From positions 52,886,001 to 52,950,000 of the forward strand of contig NC_042997.1 of assembly GCF_006345805.1 (NCBI RefSeq): a stretch of DNA of 64,000 nt. The letters run 5' to 3'. The notes beneath the pieces were generated by a model that saw nothing but the letters and a program-made list of their open reading frames with translations, was not told the DNA's origin and made no database searches. This document shows, one piece after another, positions 39,588-52,900 of the stretch (position 1 is its first letter; each line of letters opens with the position of its first letter). The translations under genes were made by a program, and so were the position numbers. Source of the stretch: Octopus sinensis. Its lineage: Eukaryota.

Positions 39588-39820
39588 AAGGCGGCGAGCT
39601 GGTACAAACGTTAGCACGCCGGGCGAAATGCTCAGCAGTATTTCGTCTGTCGCTACGTTCTGAGTTCAAATTCCGCCGAGGTTGACTTTGCCTTTCATCC
39701 TTTCGGGGTCGATTAAATAAGTACCAGTTACGCACTGGGTTCGATGTAATCGACTTAATCCGTGTGTCTGTCCTTGTTTGTCCCCTCTGTGTTTTGCCCC
39801 TTGTGGGTAGTAAAGAAATA
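39588..39820 (+). mobile_element. SINE family B, full length with 14-bp TSD
   Basis: AAGGCGGCGAGCTGG..GAGTTCAAATTCC; TSD GGTATGACAGTTTT at 39574-39587 and 39821-39834. Confidence 0.93.
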
Positions 39821-41269
39821 GGTATGACAGTTTTCCCGTTCTGTGGTGGCACGTCCCTCATCTGGACTGTTACATGCTGTGACACCTTCTCAAGCAGCAA
39901 CTTAGTGCGGTCAGCTACCTGCCCCGGCTCCGCTGTCCATTAAAAACTGAGTGAATATTGCAGGATATTTTGTCCGACACTATAACAATTTTGCTAACCC
40001 AACACACTGAATTTGAAAAATTTATTAAATGTATTAAGGTTTTAATATTATATGAACTCTACATTTATTTTGTTAAAAACTTTATTTTATATCTAGATTT
40101 CAAAAATAATTTTAATACACCATTTCATAGGAGGCGTCGTAAATTCGCAACTTCAATATTGTTTTTTGTTAATATAAGCGGCTTATCTACAAAAATAATC
40201 GCACCGAATTAAAAAAAAATAGAATTCAGGCGAATATTATACGTAATGTTTTGAGAGGTTCACGTAAATATTTATTTGCACTGGAACTAAATTAATTCAC
40301 CGCGCTCTTCTGGACGGGATCAAAGTCATCAAGAAAATTAATTACAACTTTAAAGGATTCTTTTTCTTTTCATTCTTCTTTTCTTTTTTTCTTTTTTACT
40401 CTACCGATGAGTAAATTAAATGGAGAGAGAGCTGAACGGGATTTCTTCGTTACATATGCTTAAAGTAAATATGAAGTAGCGTCTATATGTGTGCGTCGTG
40501 TGTATCTGTGTGTGTGTGTGCGCGTGTATATGTGTTCGTATGTCTACATGTTTATACGTGTGTGTGTGATGTGTGTGTGAGTGTGGATGTGCATGTATGT
40601 GTACGTGTGTACATCATGAACACATTAACATTACATGCGTGCAACGCACATATATGAACATGTATATATGAATTATATGCGTGTGTATGTATATATGCAT
40701 GTATGCATTTATATATACGTGTGTGCATATTTTATATATATATATCTATATCTATGTATGTATGTATATATGCATGTATGTATTTATATATACGTGTATG
40801 TATATAATATATATGTATGTATGTATGTATGCATGTATGTATGTATGTATGTATGTATGTATGTATGTATGTATGTATGTATGTATGTATGTATGTATGT
40901 ATGTATGTATGTATATATGTATGTATGCATGCACGCACACACACATATAGGAAATATACATGTGTGTATGATATATACATATGTATGTCAATATTCAGTT
41001 TTATTTCAAGATTTCTTGCCAATAAAGAAAGAGCCAGTTTCTAAACTAAATCCAAGTCCTCATCATTGGAATTTCAGCAACATCAACAGGGTATGTATGT
41101 ATGTATGTATGTATGTATGTATGTATGTATGTATGTATGTATGTCTGTGTGTATGTATGTATGTATGTATGTATGTATGTATGTATGGATGGATGTGTGT
41201 ATGCATGCGTGCATACGTGCAGATTTGTATGTTTGGTCGTATGTATGTCTTCTCATGCATATATTTACA

Positions 41270-42200
41270 TGTCTAGACAAGCTCATATATACTTAAATGA
41301 TAAACTTCTGGAAAGTTTTACAGATTTTTACAGTTCCAGTGATGGCTTGGATGTGTAGTCTTCTAATCAGCTTCCTCCTTTCTGGTTTTGAGAAGCCTAA
41401 TTTCTCAAGATTGGTATTTAGGCAGTGTATTACATATCTTATTGCCCCAGTAATTACCGGTATAAACCTGAACTTATAATCTAGATAGAGTAACTGCAGA
41501 TTTCTCAATAGTTCAGCGTAAGTATTCTCTTTTTCACTGATCTTCAGCTTTATGTTAACATCTGCTGGGCAGCTGATTTCCACAACTGCACACAGTTTCT
41601 CTTCTCTATCTCAACTCATTGTATCAGATCTATTGTGTTTACATTTTATTGAGGTTTTCACTGGGACATTCCACCAATTCTTTTTATTATGAATGGCTAT
41701 GGCTTCCACCATAACGTGGGTTCTTATTTCTTTGTCCCTGGGGCTATCCTTTTAACGGATCTCGTTATACAGTGTCCTAGCTACCTCACGTCTCATCAGT
41801 AGATAATACCGTGACGACAGTTTCAGACAACTGCTTATGATATAGGTAATATCTTCGTTGTTAACTCTACAAAGTCTGCATCGGTTTTCACATTTTGCTG
41901 CTTTTCTTGCTTCTCTGTCCCTTTTGTGCATCAGGTATTTGGTTGATATTTCCTGATCTGGATTGCAAACGCATACCCTTCAAACTGAGGGTAATAATCC
42001 GGCTGTTGGTCCATGATAGACTGCTTTGATGATCAATATTACTATCATTCACAGTTTTACAGTTCTAGTGATGGCTTGGATCTGTAATCTTCGAATCAGC
42101 TTTCTCCTTTCTGGTTTTGAGAAGCCAAATTTCTCAAGACAGGTACTTAGGCAGTGTGTTGTTACATCTTCCAGTACTCCAGTAATTACAGATATAAACA
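41270..42200 (-). mobile_element. Second R4/Dong-type REL LINE relic, with an additional partial 3' copy at ~42045-42200
   Basis: FEGYAFAIQ.QEISTKYL..RCRLCRVNNEDITYIISSC..WWNVPVKT..KHNR.D..DREEKLCAVVEISCPADVN..EKENTY..FIPVITGA; duplicated LEKxGFSKPERRKLIRRL segment. Confidence 0.82.
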
Positions 42201-43068
42201 CAGAATCACTGGCACAGTGTTTGCAGGATTTGCTTCCGTTCCGGAAGTGGTGAAGCGCTTGCGCAATTACAAAACTACGTAGAATCATAAAAATGATCGG
42301 ATCATATAAGGAAATTACTTCCAATCTTCTCCACATGAACTCCAAGGCGGGTTATTATAAATCAAACATCACAAAGGATGGAGTCCGTTAAATTCATCGT
42401 CGGTTATTAGCCGTGTATGCATCAAGTAAAATTTAACATCGTGACCAAAAGCATCGTTTTTTCTTTCTGTTGAGTAAATACATCACTAAATATTATTTAA
42501 AGTATTAATTCTTAAATACATTAAATGTTATTTAGATATTATATAAAGTATTAAAAAGTAAACACGTCATGTTAAGATAACTATATTCGAAATATAATTC
42601 TCAACATCGTGTGTTTGTATGTATGCGGATTTTTCTCCGTGAAATGTAAATATCAGCGAAACAATCTTTTGAATTTTACTGAAAAAGTATTCGACTTGCC
42701 AGATTTATTGAAGTTAAATGTCACAGACAACAATAACAAGCCGTGTAATTTTGATCGTTGTATATATAACTTTCGATAGGTAAAAAGCGTAGCTATAGTT
42801 ATCGTATGCTAAGAAAACTTCCGAACATAATACGAATTGATTAAGTGAACATAGAAATTTTGTATATTAATTTTGTAAATTTGTATATTAATCTTTGACA
42901 GACAAGTAGATGTACTGAAGTGAGATGGTAGCGATATTGATAAAAAAACCCGACTAATATTGAACATGTCCGTGTATTCAGAAAACTCAAGAGCATTGTT
43001 TCCTTTGGTTTTTACACACACACGCTGCTGGTGATGTCTTTTCCTTTTTTGGACTTTCGCCTTTCTCC

Positions 43069-43101
43069 TTTCCGACGAAGAGCTATGCTCGAAACGTTGA
43101 A
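43069..43101 (+). ncRNA. Minimal hammerhead ribozyme motif (Penelope pLTR type, U4C variant)
   Basis: TTT-CCGACGA-A-GAGC-TAT-GCTC-GAAA-CG-TT-GAA: perfect 4-bp helix II, palindromic AACGTT helix III. Confidence 0.6.
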
Positions 43102-43236
43102 CTCTCTCTGTTCACCGAGCGTTAAGCTAATATATTCCTTGTGCACGTCCTCTTGTTGTCCGTTAATTTTATTATTCGTTTGTTTTTTTTTCTAGTTGAT
43201 TGTTTATTTGAATTGACTGTGTGTGTGTGTGTGTGT

Positions 43237-43276
<40 letters not shown>

Positions 43277-43296
43277 TGTGTGTGTGTGTATAGATA

Positions 43297-43500
43297 TCAA
43301 ATTTTGATACAAAGCCAGCAATTTCAGGGGAGGGTAAATCAATTACTTTCGATTCCAGTGGTCAGCTTGTGCTTATTTTATAATCCGAAAAGATGAAAAG
43401 CAAAGTCGACCTCATTTGAGTTTGAACCCAGAACCTAAATACGGACGAAATGCTGCTATGCATTTTGTCCGGCGTGCTAACTATTCTGCCAGTTCACCTT
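43297..43500 (-). mobile_element. Degenerate SINE family B
   Basis: GATGAAAAGCAAAGTCGACCTC..TTTGAAC..CGGCGTGCTAAC. Confidence 0.7.
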
Positions 43501-43589
43501 ACACGTACACGCACACTCGCGCACATATATATATATATATACATACATACATACATACATACATACATACATACATACATACATACATA

Positions 43590-43975
43590 GGCACAAGAGT
43601 GGCTATGTGGTAGGAAGCATGCTTCACAACCACATGGCTCCGGATTCACTCCCACTGTATGGCACCTTGGGCAAGTGTCTTCTACTATAGCCACGGACCG
43701 ACCAAAGCCTTGTGAGTGCATTTGGTGGACGGAAACTGAAAGAAGCCCGTCGTATATATATGGATTTTTGTGTGTTTGTGTTTGTCCTCCCACTATCGCT
43801 TGACAACCGATGTTGGTGTGTTACGTCCCTGTAACTTAGCAGTTCGGCAACAGATACCGATAGAATAAGTACTAGGCTTACAAAGAATAGGTCCTGGGGT
43901 CGATTTGTTCGATTAAAGGCGGTGCTCCAGTATGGCCACACTCAAAATGACTGAAACAAGTAAAAGAATAAAAGA
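43590..43975 (+). mobile_element. SINE family A, full length
   Basis: Head, internal microsatellite and tail all match family A. Confidence 0.9.
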
Positions 43976-43985
43976 ATTTACATAC

Positions 43986-44334
<349 letters not shown>

Positions 44335-44337
44335 ATG

Positions 44338-44399
<62 letters not shown>

Positions 44400-44400
<1 letters not shown>

Positions 44401-44530
44401 CATTAAATTGAAGGATTACTGAATACATTTGGTAGAGTACAAATTTATTATTATTTAAGAAGAAGAATTTTGACAGTGACTTCGAAATTTCGGCCAGCTA
44501 AAACAGCCTGATGATGGCTTAGCTGTTCTT
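44400..44530 (-). mobile_element. Short Penelope-type element with a hammerhead split by an inversion
   Basis: Minus strand TTAGCTGGCC-GAAA-TTTCGAAG-TC-ACTGT...AATAAA..TACTCTACC..(TA)n; plus strand ACAGC-CTGATGA-TGGCTTAGCTG. Confidence 0.55.
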
Positions 44531-44725
44531 AATTTTCTCATCAGTCCAGCTATCATTTATTTGGTAGTTGATCATTTTCCTATAAGATATAAATAACTAC
44601 ATTACAGATATTTAAAAAAAATAAAAAGACACCCATTTTAGTTTGCTATAAGTAGCACAGATAACTGCCTGCACATGATCTGACGCAAATCAACTAGCTA
44701 TTTTTTCATTTCTGCGCAGAATATT

Positions 44726-45299
44726 CTTTTCTACTCTTAGCACAAGGCCCCAAATTTTTGAAGAGGGAGGGGGGCAGTCGATTAGATTGACCCCAGTACG
44801 CAAGTTGGCATTTAATTTATCGACCCCGAAAGGCAAAGTCAACGTCGGCGGAATTTGAACTCAGAACGAGAAGACAGACGAAATACGTATTTCTGTACTA
44901 CCTACAAGGAGCTAAACACAGAGAGGAGAAACAAGGACAGACAAACGGATTAAGTCGATTATATCGATCTCAGTGCGTAACTGGTACTTATTAACTCGAC
45001 CCCGGAAGGATGAAAGGCAAAGTCGACCTGCGCGGAATTTGAACTCAGAACGTAGCGGCAAGCGAAATACCTATTTCTTTACTACCCACAAGGAGCTAAA
45101 CACAGAGAGGACAAACAAGGACAGACAAACCGATTAAGTCGATTAGATCGACCCCAGTGCGTAACTGGTACTTAATTTATCGACCCCGAAAGGATGAAAG
45201 GCAAAGTCGACCTCGGCGGAATTTGAACTCAGAACGTAACGGCAGACGAAATACCTATTTCACCCGGCGTGCTTAACGTTTCTGCCAGCTCGCCGCCTT
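44726..45299 (-). mobile_element. SINE family B trimer
   Basis: Three head-to-tail ~185-bp units; outer TSD ATTT(C/A)TGCGCAGAATATT at ~44708-44725 and ~45300-45317. Confidence 0.9.
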
Positions 45300-45702
45300 A
45301 TTTATGCGCAGAATATTAAAAACTGTTAGGCATTTAGTCATGCTATCTCTTAAAATCGTATTACAAATCAAAGAAAAATTAACTTAGATATTATTTTTGT
45401 TCATGAAAATCTCAAAATAAGTAATTCATACCAGAAAGTACTTTACATGTGATTTCGACTTAAAGTTAATATGTATCCATCCTTCAGAAGTACGATAGTA
45501 TTGTTCAATAAATGTTCAAAATTTTGGGAAAACATTTAGTAAAACACGTGTAAAAATTTATGGAGACTGAATAAAAAAAATTAAACTTCAATTTCTCTAC
45601 ACCACTTCATAAGTTTCCGATGTGTGTACACTCCACATTTTTAATACTTAAGATTCATACGATATGATCATAAGCTTTGATTAAGAGAAAAAATCTGCTT
45701 TA

Positions 45703-46117
45703 GGATCTTTTCGGTTTGAACGGCAGTTTTTTCTAGCGGTGTCATATGAAATTGTCACCTATAATTATGACCCTAGCATCAATCTATTGCATTTCAATCT
45801 GTTTTAGGGTTAGGGTTAGGGTTAGGGGGAAGGGCATCTTTTTTCTTCACAAATGTAAATAAACCCAATCTGTTTCTTAAACGAGGGACATATTCATACG
45901 GCACAGAATATTTTCACCTCAATAGACGTCATTGATTGATTGAAATTGCAGAAATTGAAGAAAAAAACAACAAATATCTTACAAAATATAGAATTTTCTC
46001 AATAAAGCCAAGAGAAAAAGATGTTTTATAAACACATTCTACCAGTATACGAAGTTTCAAAGTGTTTAGTTACGTGGAAATTATATTAAAAAACTGCCGT
46101 TCAAACCGAAAAGATCC
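45703..46117. mobile_element. GGATC-terminated MITE with internal (TTAGGG)n
   Basis: TIR GGATCTTTTCGGTTTGAACGGCAGTTTTT / AAAAACTGCCGTTCAAACCGAAAAGATCC; TTAGGG x4 at ~45804-45827; inverse orientation of 59605-60021; TSD not preserved. Confidence 0.9.
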
Positions 46118-49100
46118 ATAATTTTATAGTAGAACAACATACTTTCGGTTATAAATACATTTACATGATATTCAGGTATTCATTTAATGAAAATATATTT
46201 TATCGCACATCTTGGAACTGTCAAATGCTTTAAAACCCCAATACCATCGCAAATAACAGAAAAATGATCAAGGGATAGGCCCCTGCAAGCCCAAACTACG
46301 ATGAAGTTTCAAAGACCGATTTAAGCCGCTTCACACAAATTATTCGCTAATGCCTTTACGAAAGTCACGTATGTCTGCTTCCCGTTTCCTCATTATTTGC
46401 TTCCCGAATACCTACATTAAAAAATTTTTTTTTTTTATAATTGATCTAAAAACATTGCAAGCGACATAAAACTGAGCTGAACTAATGTCACGGTCCGGTT
46501 TCAATTCCAGTCAAAACTATTTAATTTCTTCGATATCATTAATGAGATTGGGAAATGCATAAATATCATGTTTACTTTCTCTGCAAATTTAATCATTATT
46601 CTTCGTGAAATCATTTGATGTTGCAAGTTACTATAGTGAACGACTTGATTTACTTACGCTGTAACTACAAAATTGGCTTATTTCAAAAACATATTGAGCA
46701 AAAACTAGACGTCGGCACTTTATATACTGTTTTTAATAGACTTGCACATTCACTCTTATACTGAAATAGCTAGCTATATGTTTATAGTATATTTGATATA
46801 TAAGTATATACATATATGTAGCTAATTTGTGTAAAAAAAAAAAGGAAAACTGACTTCCTAAATAGCATACTCGTATTTCGACTGAAAATAATAAATGTCT
46901 TGTGAAAAAACTAGCTAAATATCCACTTTAACCTTGATGCAATCTTCTGAAAAGCATTTTTGGCGTAGTTGCTGAGGTAATGATTAAAGGTCAAATAAAA
47001 TAGTTTATTCATTTGAAATAAAGGTTTGTCAAGCGATGTTATGAAATTTTAACGTCTGACAAAGTAATTGTATTGCAAAAGCGAGAGAACTCTAGAGATG
47101 GATGTGAAAGCGAACATGAGCTTTCAGATTAGAATCTATTTAGATCTTCCCCCATCCCCACCAGGGCACCTACTTCACTGTACTGAATTTCTTTTTTTTG
47201 TGCTATAGTTTGAGTATATGAAGCTCTATCGTGAGATTTTAAAATTATATTTAGTGTTGACATCGCAACACCCATGCGTCAAAATTGGTCGAATTAAAGT
47301 AACTAAACAAGCTTCGGGAAGAATAGATCCCTTTCAATTGAAACTTCTTGTTAGACAGTAGGTATAAAAGGTATTATTTGCGCTGTTAGATAACTTCAAA
47401 AATTCTAGATATATATCATATACAAGAACAGATAAATTCAGAGAAGTACAAAAGTTAAAGTACAATATAATTTTTTTTAAACTTTGTCTTTCGACTTCAT
47501 ACGCTACATTTGCACCTTGAAAACTGTGAATAATACTACAAATACTTATTAAACTCAAATCAAGTATAATTGTATATGATATTTAAAAAAATGCACTCCT
47601 CGAAGATATGAATAGTTCATATTGGCCATATTGGCAATGTTTTCTATAAAGAATATATTGATCAAGATCAGTTGTTGTCATCGCGAAGAACTCAAAAACG
47701 CGCTTAATTGAATTTTCGTTTTTTTTTTTTCTATGACATCCAAATTAAACAATTGCGAATGAAGAGTAAACAATTGCGAATGAAGAGTAATTAAATGCGA
47801 TACATTTAATTATATTTATATACGTTATGGATTCAATTCTGAAGTCGATCTTTGCCTTTCATTCTTCTAAGGTCAAAAAAGTAATATCGGCAGCACCTTT
47901 CTCCCAAAACCTGTGATATTGTAACCGAATTAGATTAATGACTTGCATAACTACTACACTCAGTTTATTAAAGTGTGTTTCATTGATTCTGGTGATTGTT
48001 AATGTTCACTAAGGGTAAGCGGTAGTATTCCAGTGTCACATTAAGACTGTATTTGTGATAAGCTATATCATATTCTGTGTTAAATGACTTGTAAAACTAC
48101 TTTGTAGGCAAAATTTTGTTACCGGTCGGTGACATGTCTTTCTGTTGCTTGTTTCTTTGTCCAAACTGCAGTCGTGAGTCAAGCACTGATCGAAGCTGGA
48201 CGTTTAGCATATCGAATATCATCAGGTGCTCAGTAAATTTTACCAGCTAGACATTTTGGTTTGTAGAAAGTCAACCCTCGCAATCTATCGAGAGTTGATG
48301 GAGGTTATGTTTGACAATGGCTCGTCATCGGCGAGGACAGACTGAGCTGTTTCTTCTAAAAGACTTTTATATCGGTCCTTTGACTAGCAGTGCTACAGAA
48401 GAGCCCTGTCTGTTCAGCGTATGGCTGTGTTGAAGCCGCCAGTAAACGAACCTCTCCTGTATACTCTGATCGGTAAAACGTCGGGTACATACTCATTTAG
48501 TGTCTGCATATTGCTGATATGTGGATATCGAACAACTTCTGTTACATGCTTGACGGATCCAGCTATCAGCCAATAGGATAAAATCGTTGCTTTCTTTTGG
48601 CAAGGAAAAGCGAGTAGTCTTTCCCTGTCCTGAGGATTTGGCAAAGGAAGTCGTACTGTGGGTGCGATTGACAAGTTCACTCGAACTAGCTCTGCCACTC
48701 TGATCCATCTTTCATCAATTTTGCTTGATGGCACCACATCCTTTTCCACACATATTTTCCTTTTCAAGAGAAACTTGAATAGTGCTGATACAGGATTGGT
48801 CACTACACAATCTGTTTTACGAAAGCCACCAGGCTGATAAAAACTACCTATACTTCTCAGTCAAAAGAAGGCGGTGAGACGATCTTTGCAATGGACTCGG
48901 CTTATAGCTGGATCCGTCCTACACGTGACAGCAGGTGTTCGATATAACTCCACAAGTCAGTAATTCTCGAACACTGAACGATTGCGTGCAGAACATTTTC
49001 GTTACTCTACCTGCATCTCGGGCACCTCCGTAACTGTAGAGTTGATCTCGAAACGGTAGCACGCTGGTAGCACTGCCTTTCCAGAGATCTCTAGAAATTA

Positions 49101-50694
49101 TCCTTAGGCATTATCCGAAAGTCCTCTGGAAAAGACCGGTCAGTTGATGTTCATTGACGCCAAGAGTTTCCCCGAGGATGTCCCCAATCTTACCCACCAT
49201 TATTCCTGTGCAGAACGTCATATTGGAGCATTCACGAACAGCATTGCCCAACTAATTGACTGCTGTGAGCGCTTGACGATAAGGTGCCAGGTGCCTTCTC
49301 GATTGATACAGTTCTGCAACTCTGTCAAAGACACGAGATGTGGAAAAGCACATCTGGCAAACGGTAACCATACTTTCTTGCCGTCAAGAAGATGCTGGAG
49401 ATGTCGCAGGCTCAGCGCATGTCTGTGACTCACCTGGCACGGTTTACCCATTCCTCCTTTCATCAGGTATGACAGCAAATGGACCGTCTAACCAACGGTA
49501 CAGATCTCTTCCACAGAAAGCGAAAGAGTAGGTACTCTAGTCCGTTGAAGCACGACGGTCAGGCGATAATGTATTACGGAGCCAATATAAGCGTTCGCTG
49601 CCTCTGTTCGACCTTTCAGGGAGAGCTTTTTCTTGGCTCATTTCTGGCTGAGATTGGCCACCTCGCCCCAATTATTCTCTACTTAGAGGACTCTGTAGGA
49701 GTCATGATGACGGTGTTGGTAGTATTGATGTTGTTATAGTTGTTGGAGATGGTGTTGGTGTGTCATTGTTGGTAGATGTTTCTTCCGTCCGTTAGCACCT
49801 CCCAGCTATTTTTGTCAGCGGGTTTTTTCTCTTTCCCTTTTTTCTTTGTTTGTTGTTACCATTTCCTTTCATCTCAGTCACATTCGCTACATGTCTGAGT
49901 GGTACCTAGTAGGAAGGTGCATGCTTTTGGGGTCATTATCTCTTTATCCTCCTGCTGTTGCTGCTGCTGTTACTGGTGGTGGTCGTAGTGGTGGTGGTGG
50001 TGGTGGTGGTGGTAACAGAGCTTTTAGTTACTGTTGATGTTGGTGATGTGGCAGCTCTTAAGAGCGGTGTTTATTTTTTTGTTTTTGTTTGCTTTTGTTT
50101 TATTGGTGATCTTGTTTCTCTTGTTGCTACTGCTGCAGTGGCTGATCTCGGCTACTAGTTTTAGCGTTGCTGTTGCTGTCATTGTTGCTGATGTAGCGGC
50201 GCTATGCTATTGGTACAGCCGCTGTTTATACTGTTTATGTTGTTGTGGTGGTGAAGGTGTCGGTAGAAGTAGAAAGTCTTTTTTTTCTCTTTTGCTGTGG
50301 ATAGAAAGCCTTGAGATAGGTTGTATCCCCATACGACATCTTGCCTTTCTGTCCTCATCGGCCTGGTACAGTTCGTGCCGCCTGGTAGATTGATCACGTC
50401 TGGAATGGGTTTCATACTTTCTTGATCCAAGTGGAACAATAACCCTACTCCTTAACCCAGTCAATTTCGTTTCTGCAACCGCTAGACATGAAAAATGTTA
50501 GTTTTGTCCTCTATGTCGAAGAGGACCGTTGCCATCAACCAACAGGCGTTCTGGGGTATATCGACAATCTTTGTCCTTGCTAACCTACGGCCAAGGTATA
50601 TAAGTATGAGAACCATTTTGTCATTCTTTAGTGTTGTCGGGAATCCCACCCTACCGTGCCACATTTTCACCCCCTTGTAACGTATGTTTCGGTG

Positions 50695-50848
50695 CACTAG
50701 CGTAGCTAGAGTGTGTGCCAGCCGGGGCGGCCCTTACGTTAGCCGCCCCCAGACCCACAAAAGACACATTGCCTACGGTAGACCCCAAAGTGGTGCCCCT
50801 TTAAAAGTGCCGCCCTGGACGGACCGCCCTTCCCCAGCTACGCTAGTG
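50695..50848. mobile_element. hAT-type MITE (154 bp)
   Basis: 13-bp TIR CACTAGCGTAGCT / AGCTACGCTAGTG; 8-bp TSD TTTCGGTG / TTTCGGTA. Confidence 0.85.
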
Positions 50849-50902
50849 TTTCGGTACCTCAAATCGGTCCAACGCACTTTTCTATTTGCGGTTATGTCGC
50901 TT

Positions 50903-51134
50903 AAGGCGGCGAGCTGGCAGAAACGTTAGCACGCCGGGGGAAATGCTTTGCGGTATTTCGTCTGCGTTACGTTGTGAGTTCAAATTCCGCCGAGATCGAC
51001 TTTGCCTTTCATCCTTTCGGGGTTGATAAATTAAGTACCAGTTACGCACTGGGGTCGATGTAATCGACTTAATACCTATGTCTGTCCTTGTTTGTCCCCT
51101 CTGTGTTTAGCCCCTTGTGGGTAATAAAGAAATA
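50903..51134 (+). mobile_element. SINE family B, full length with 13-bp TSD
   Basis: TSD GGTTATGTCG(C/T)TT at 50890-50902 and 51135-51147. Confidence 0.93.
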
Positions 51135-51760
51135 GGTTATGTCGTTTGTTCTATTTTCCGGCTTTTTCTTCCTAGTTTCTTGCCGAATGGATTCTCAAAT
51201 GTTTAATAATGTTTCGGCGGCCAGACCTCTTAAGGAAGTTTTCGGTATTTTTTTTTTCCAATTATTGAAACGTTAATATTATTACTTCCTCGAATCGCAC
51301 GGGCTTACTATCCTCGTAACTTTGGACTTGTTAATTGGTGTCTTGATTTTTATTTGTGATGCAGTTAATAGTGGTATTGATTGCGAAGGTGAAATTTTCA
51401 GGCATGTTGAATTCGACAAATCGGTTGTTTTGATGGGCACTGGTGGAGGTAATAGTGGTAGTTTTGCTTTCACACGTCTTTTAATTTGTGCTATTATCGG
51501 TGTTATTGTTGTTGACAGTGATATTGTTGTTCATTCATTCTCAGCACACAGTAGTGAGAAATTAGCATTGTATTTACTGTCGGAACAGTTAACTTCCCCT
51601 TGGATTATTGAAGCCATAATATTTTTTGCTTGTTTGTTTTTCTAACTTCGTCATTCAAAGGTTTGAAAATTTGCTCCCAAGGGCCGAAAGTTTCACAAAT
51701 CTAGCAAGCTTCAGACGATGCTGGTTGACTTAAAAACGATGTCTTTCAATTGCAAACACT

Positions 51761-51806
<46 letters not shown>

Positions 51807-51820
51807 TGGTAGTGGTAGTG

Positions 51821-51854
<34 letters not shown>

Positions 51855-51857
51855 CTG

Positions 51858-52010
51858 CAGCAAATTTTGGTAAAAGGCCAGCAAATTTAAAGGAATAGGT
51901 TAGGTCGATTGCATCGAACTCCGGCACTTAACTGGTACTTATTTTATCGACCCCGAAATGTTGCAAAGCATTTTGTCAGTTGTGTTAACGATTCTGCTAG
52001 CTCACCGTCT

Positions 52011-52011
<1 letters not shown>
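51858..52011 (-). mobile_element. Degenerate, internally deleted SINE family B between (TAG)n and (TAA)n
   Basis: AACTGGTACTTATTTTATCGACCCCGAAA..TAACGATTCTGCTAGCTCACCG. Confidence 0.7.
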
Positions 52012-52049
<38 letters not shown>

Positions 52050-52900
52050 TAATAATAATAATAATAAAGATGATGATGATGAGGAGGAGGATGATGATAA
52101 TTTTCACATGATAATAGCAACAACTATGCTGCTTTAATAATTTTTATATTGGCAAATTGCTGTTGATGGAGAAATTTTATAACTATATTTTTATTAAAAT
52201 GTCATTATACTATATAATATTTAATTTCTTCGTAAATTTTATATCATTGTGAAATATTTTGTTGTGGTTAGTGTTGTTAGCAATGTAGCAGTAGTTATCA
52301 AGGTATAAGAAACATTTCCGAAAATTATGTATATTTATATCGATACCCGATAAGATTAAGGAATATTTTAGGTACATACATATATGACCTTTCATGGGTT
52401 TTGCAATAAAGTTCAATCTATAGATAGCCACTACCCTCGATTTTTTTTTAAGGACCACACATGTTGACTTATTAGAGAAAGCGTTGGCATGAAGATAATA
52501 TTATCAAGAGTTACTTCCTAGATAGCTGGCTTATCTGCAGCTGACATGCACAGCTGGCTGTGAAAATGTTTCCAGACATACGAAAAGAAGTTATTTTAGC
52601 TTTGGAACTACAAAAAGAAAAAATAACTGATTAGTTCAAAGAGTGGCCAACATGCATCATTTCTATGAAGCAGCTGTTAAGCGGCAATAACCTATAGGCT
52701 GATTGATGTTGTTTTGTCGTTGCAACTAACTTGTAAAGAAAAGCAGACGTTTGAGTTTTTTTTTTTAAATCTCGCTTTTACTCGTCGATCGCATTTCAGA
52801 AAAAGCATATTCATACCGATGGAAAAAAAAGAAACTTTTAAAATTAATATAAATGCTGTTGTCTGTACCTGGAGTTAAATACAATATACGTGTCTATCTA

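Larger units (their letters stand above)
48060..51700 (-). mobile_element. Decayed Tx1/L1-like LINE (ORF1 remnants ~50200-50680, ORF2 C-terminal remnants ~48700-49690) with nested insertions; boundaries uncertain
   Basis: GGMGKP..HRHALSLRHL..DGKKVWLPFAR..FP resembles the post-RT GGLG.P motif; LFKFLLKRKICVEK..F.ERW resembles the Tx1 C-terminus; EDRKARC resembles the lead-in to the ORF1 knuckle. Confidence 0.5.

Noticed and set aside
45804-45829. Telomere or chromosome-fusion relic
   Set aside because: The TTAGGG tracts are internal parts of a TIR-bounded repeat found several times in the window
47746-47790. 21-bp exact tandem duplication
   Set aside because: Ordinary slippage duplication with no further structure
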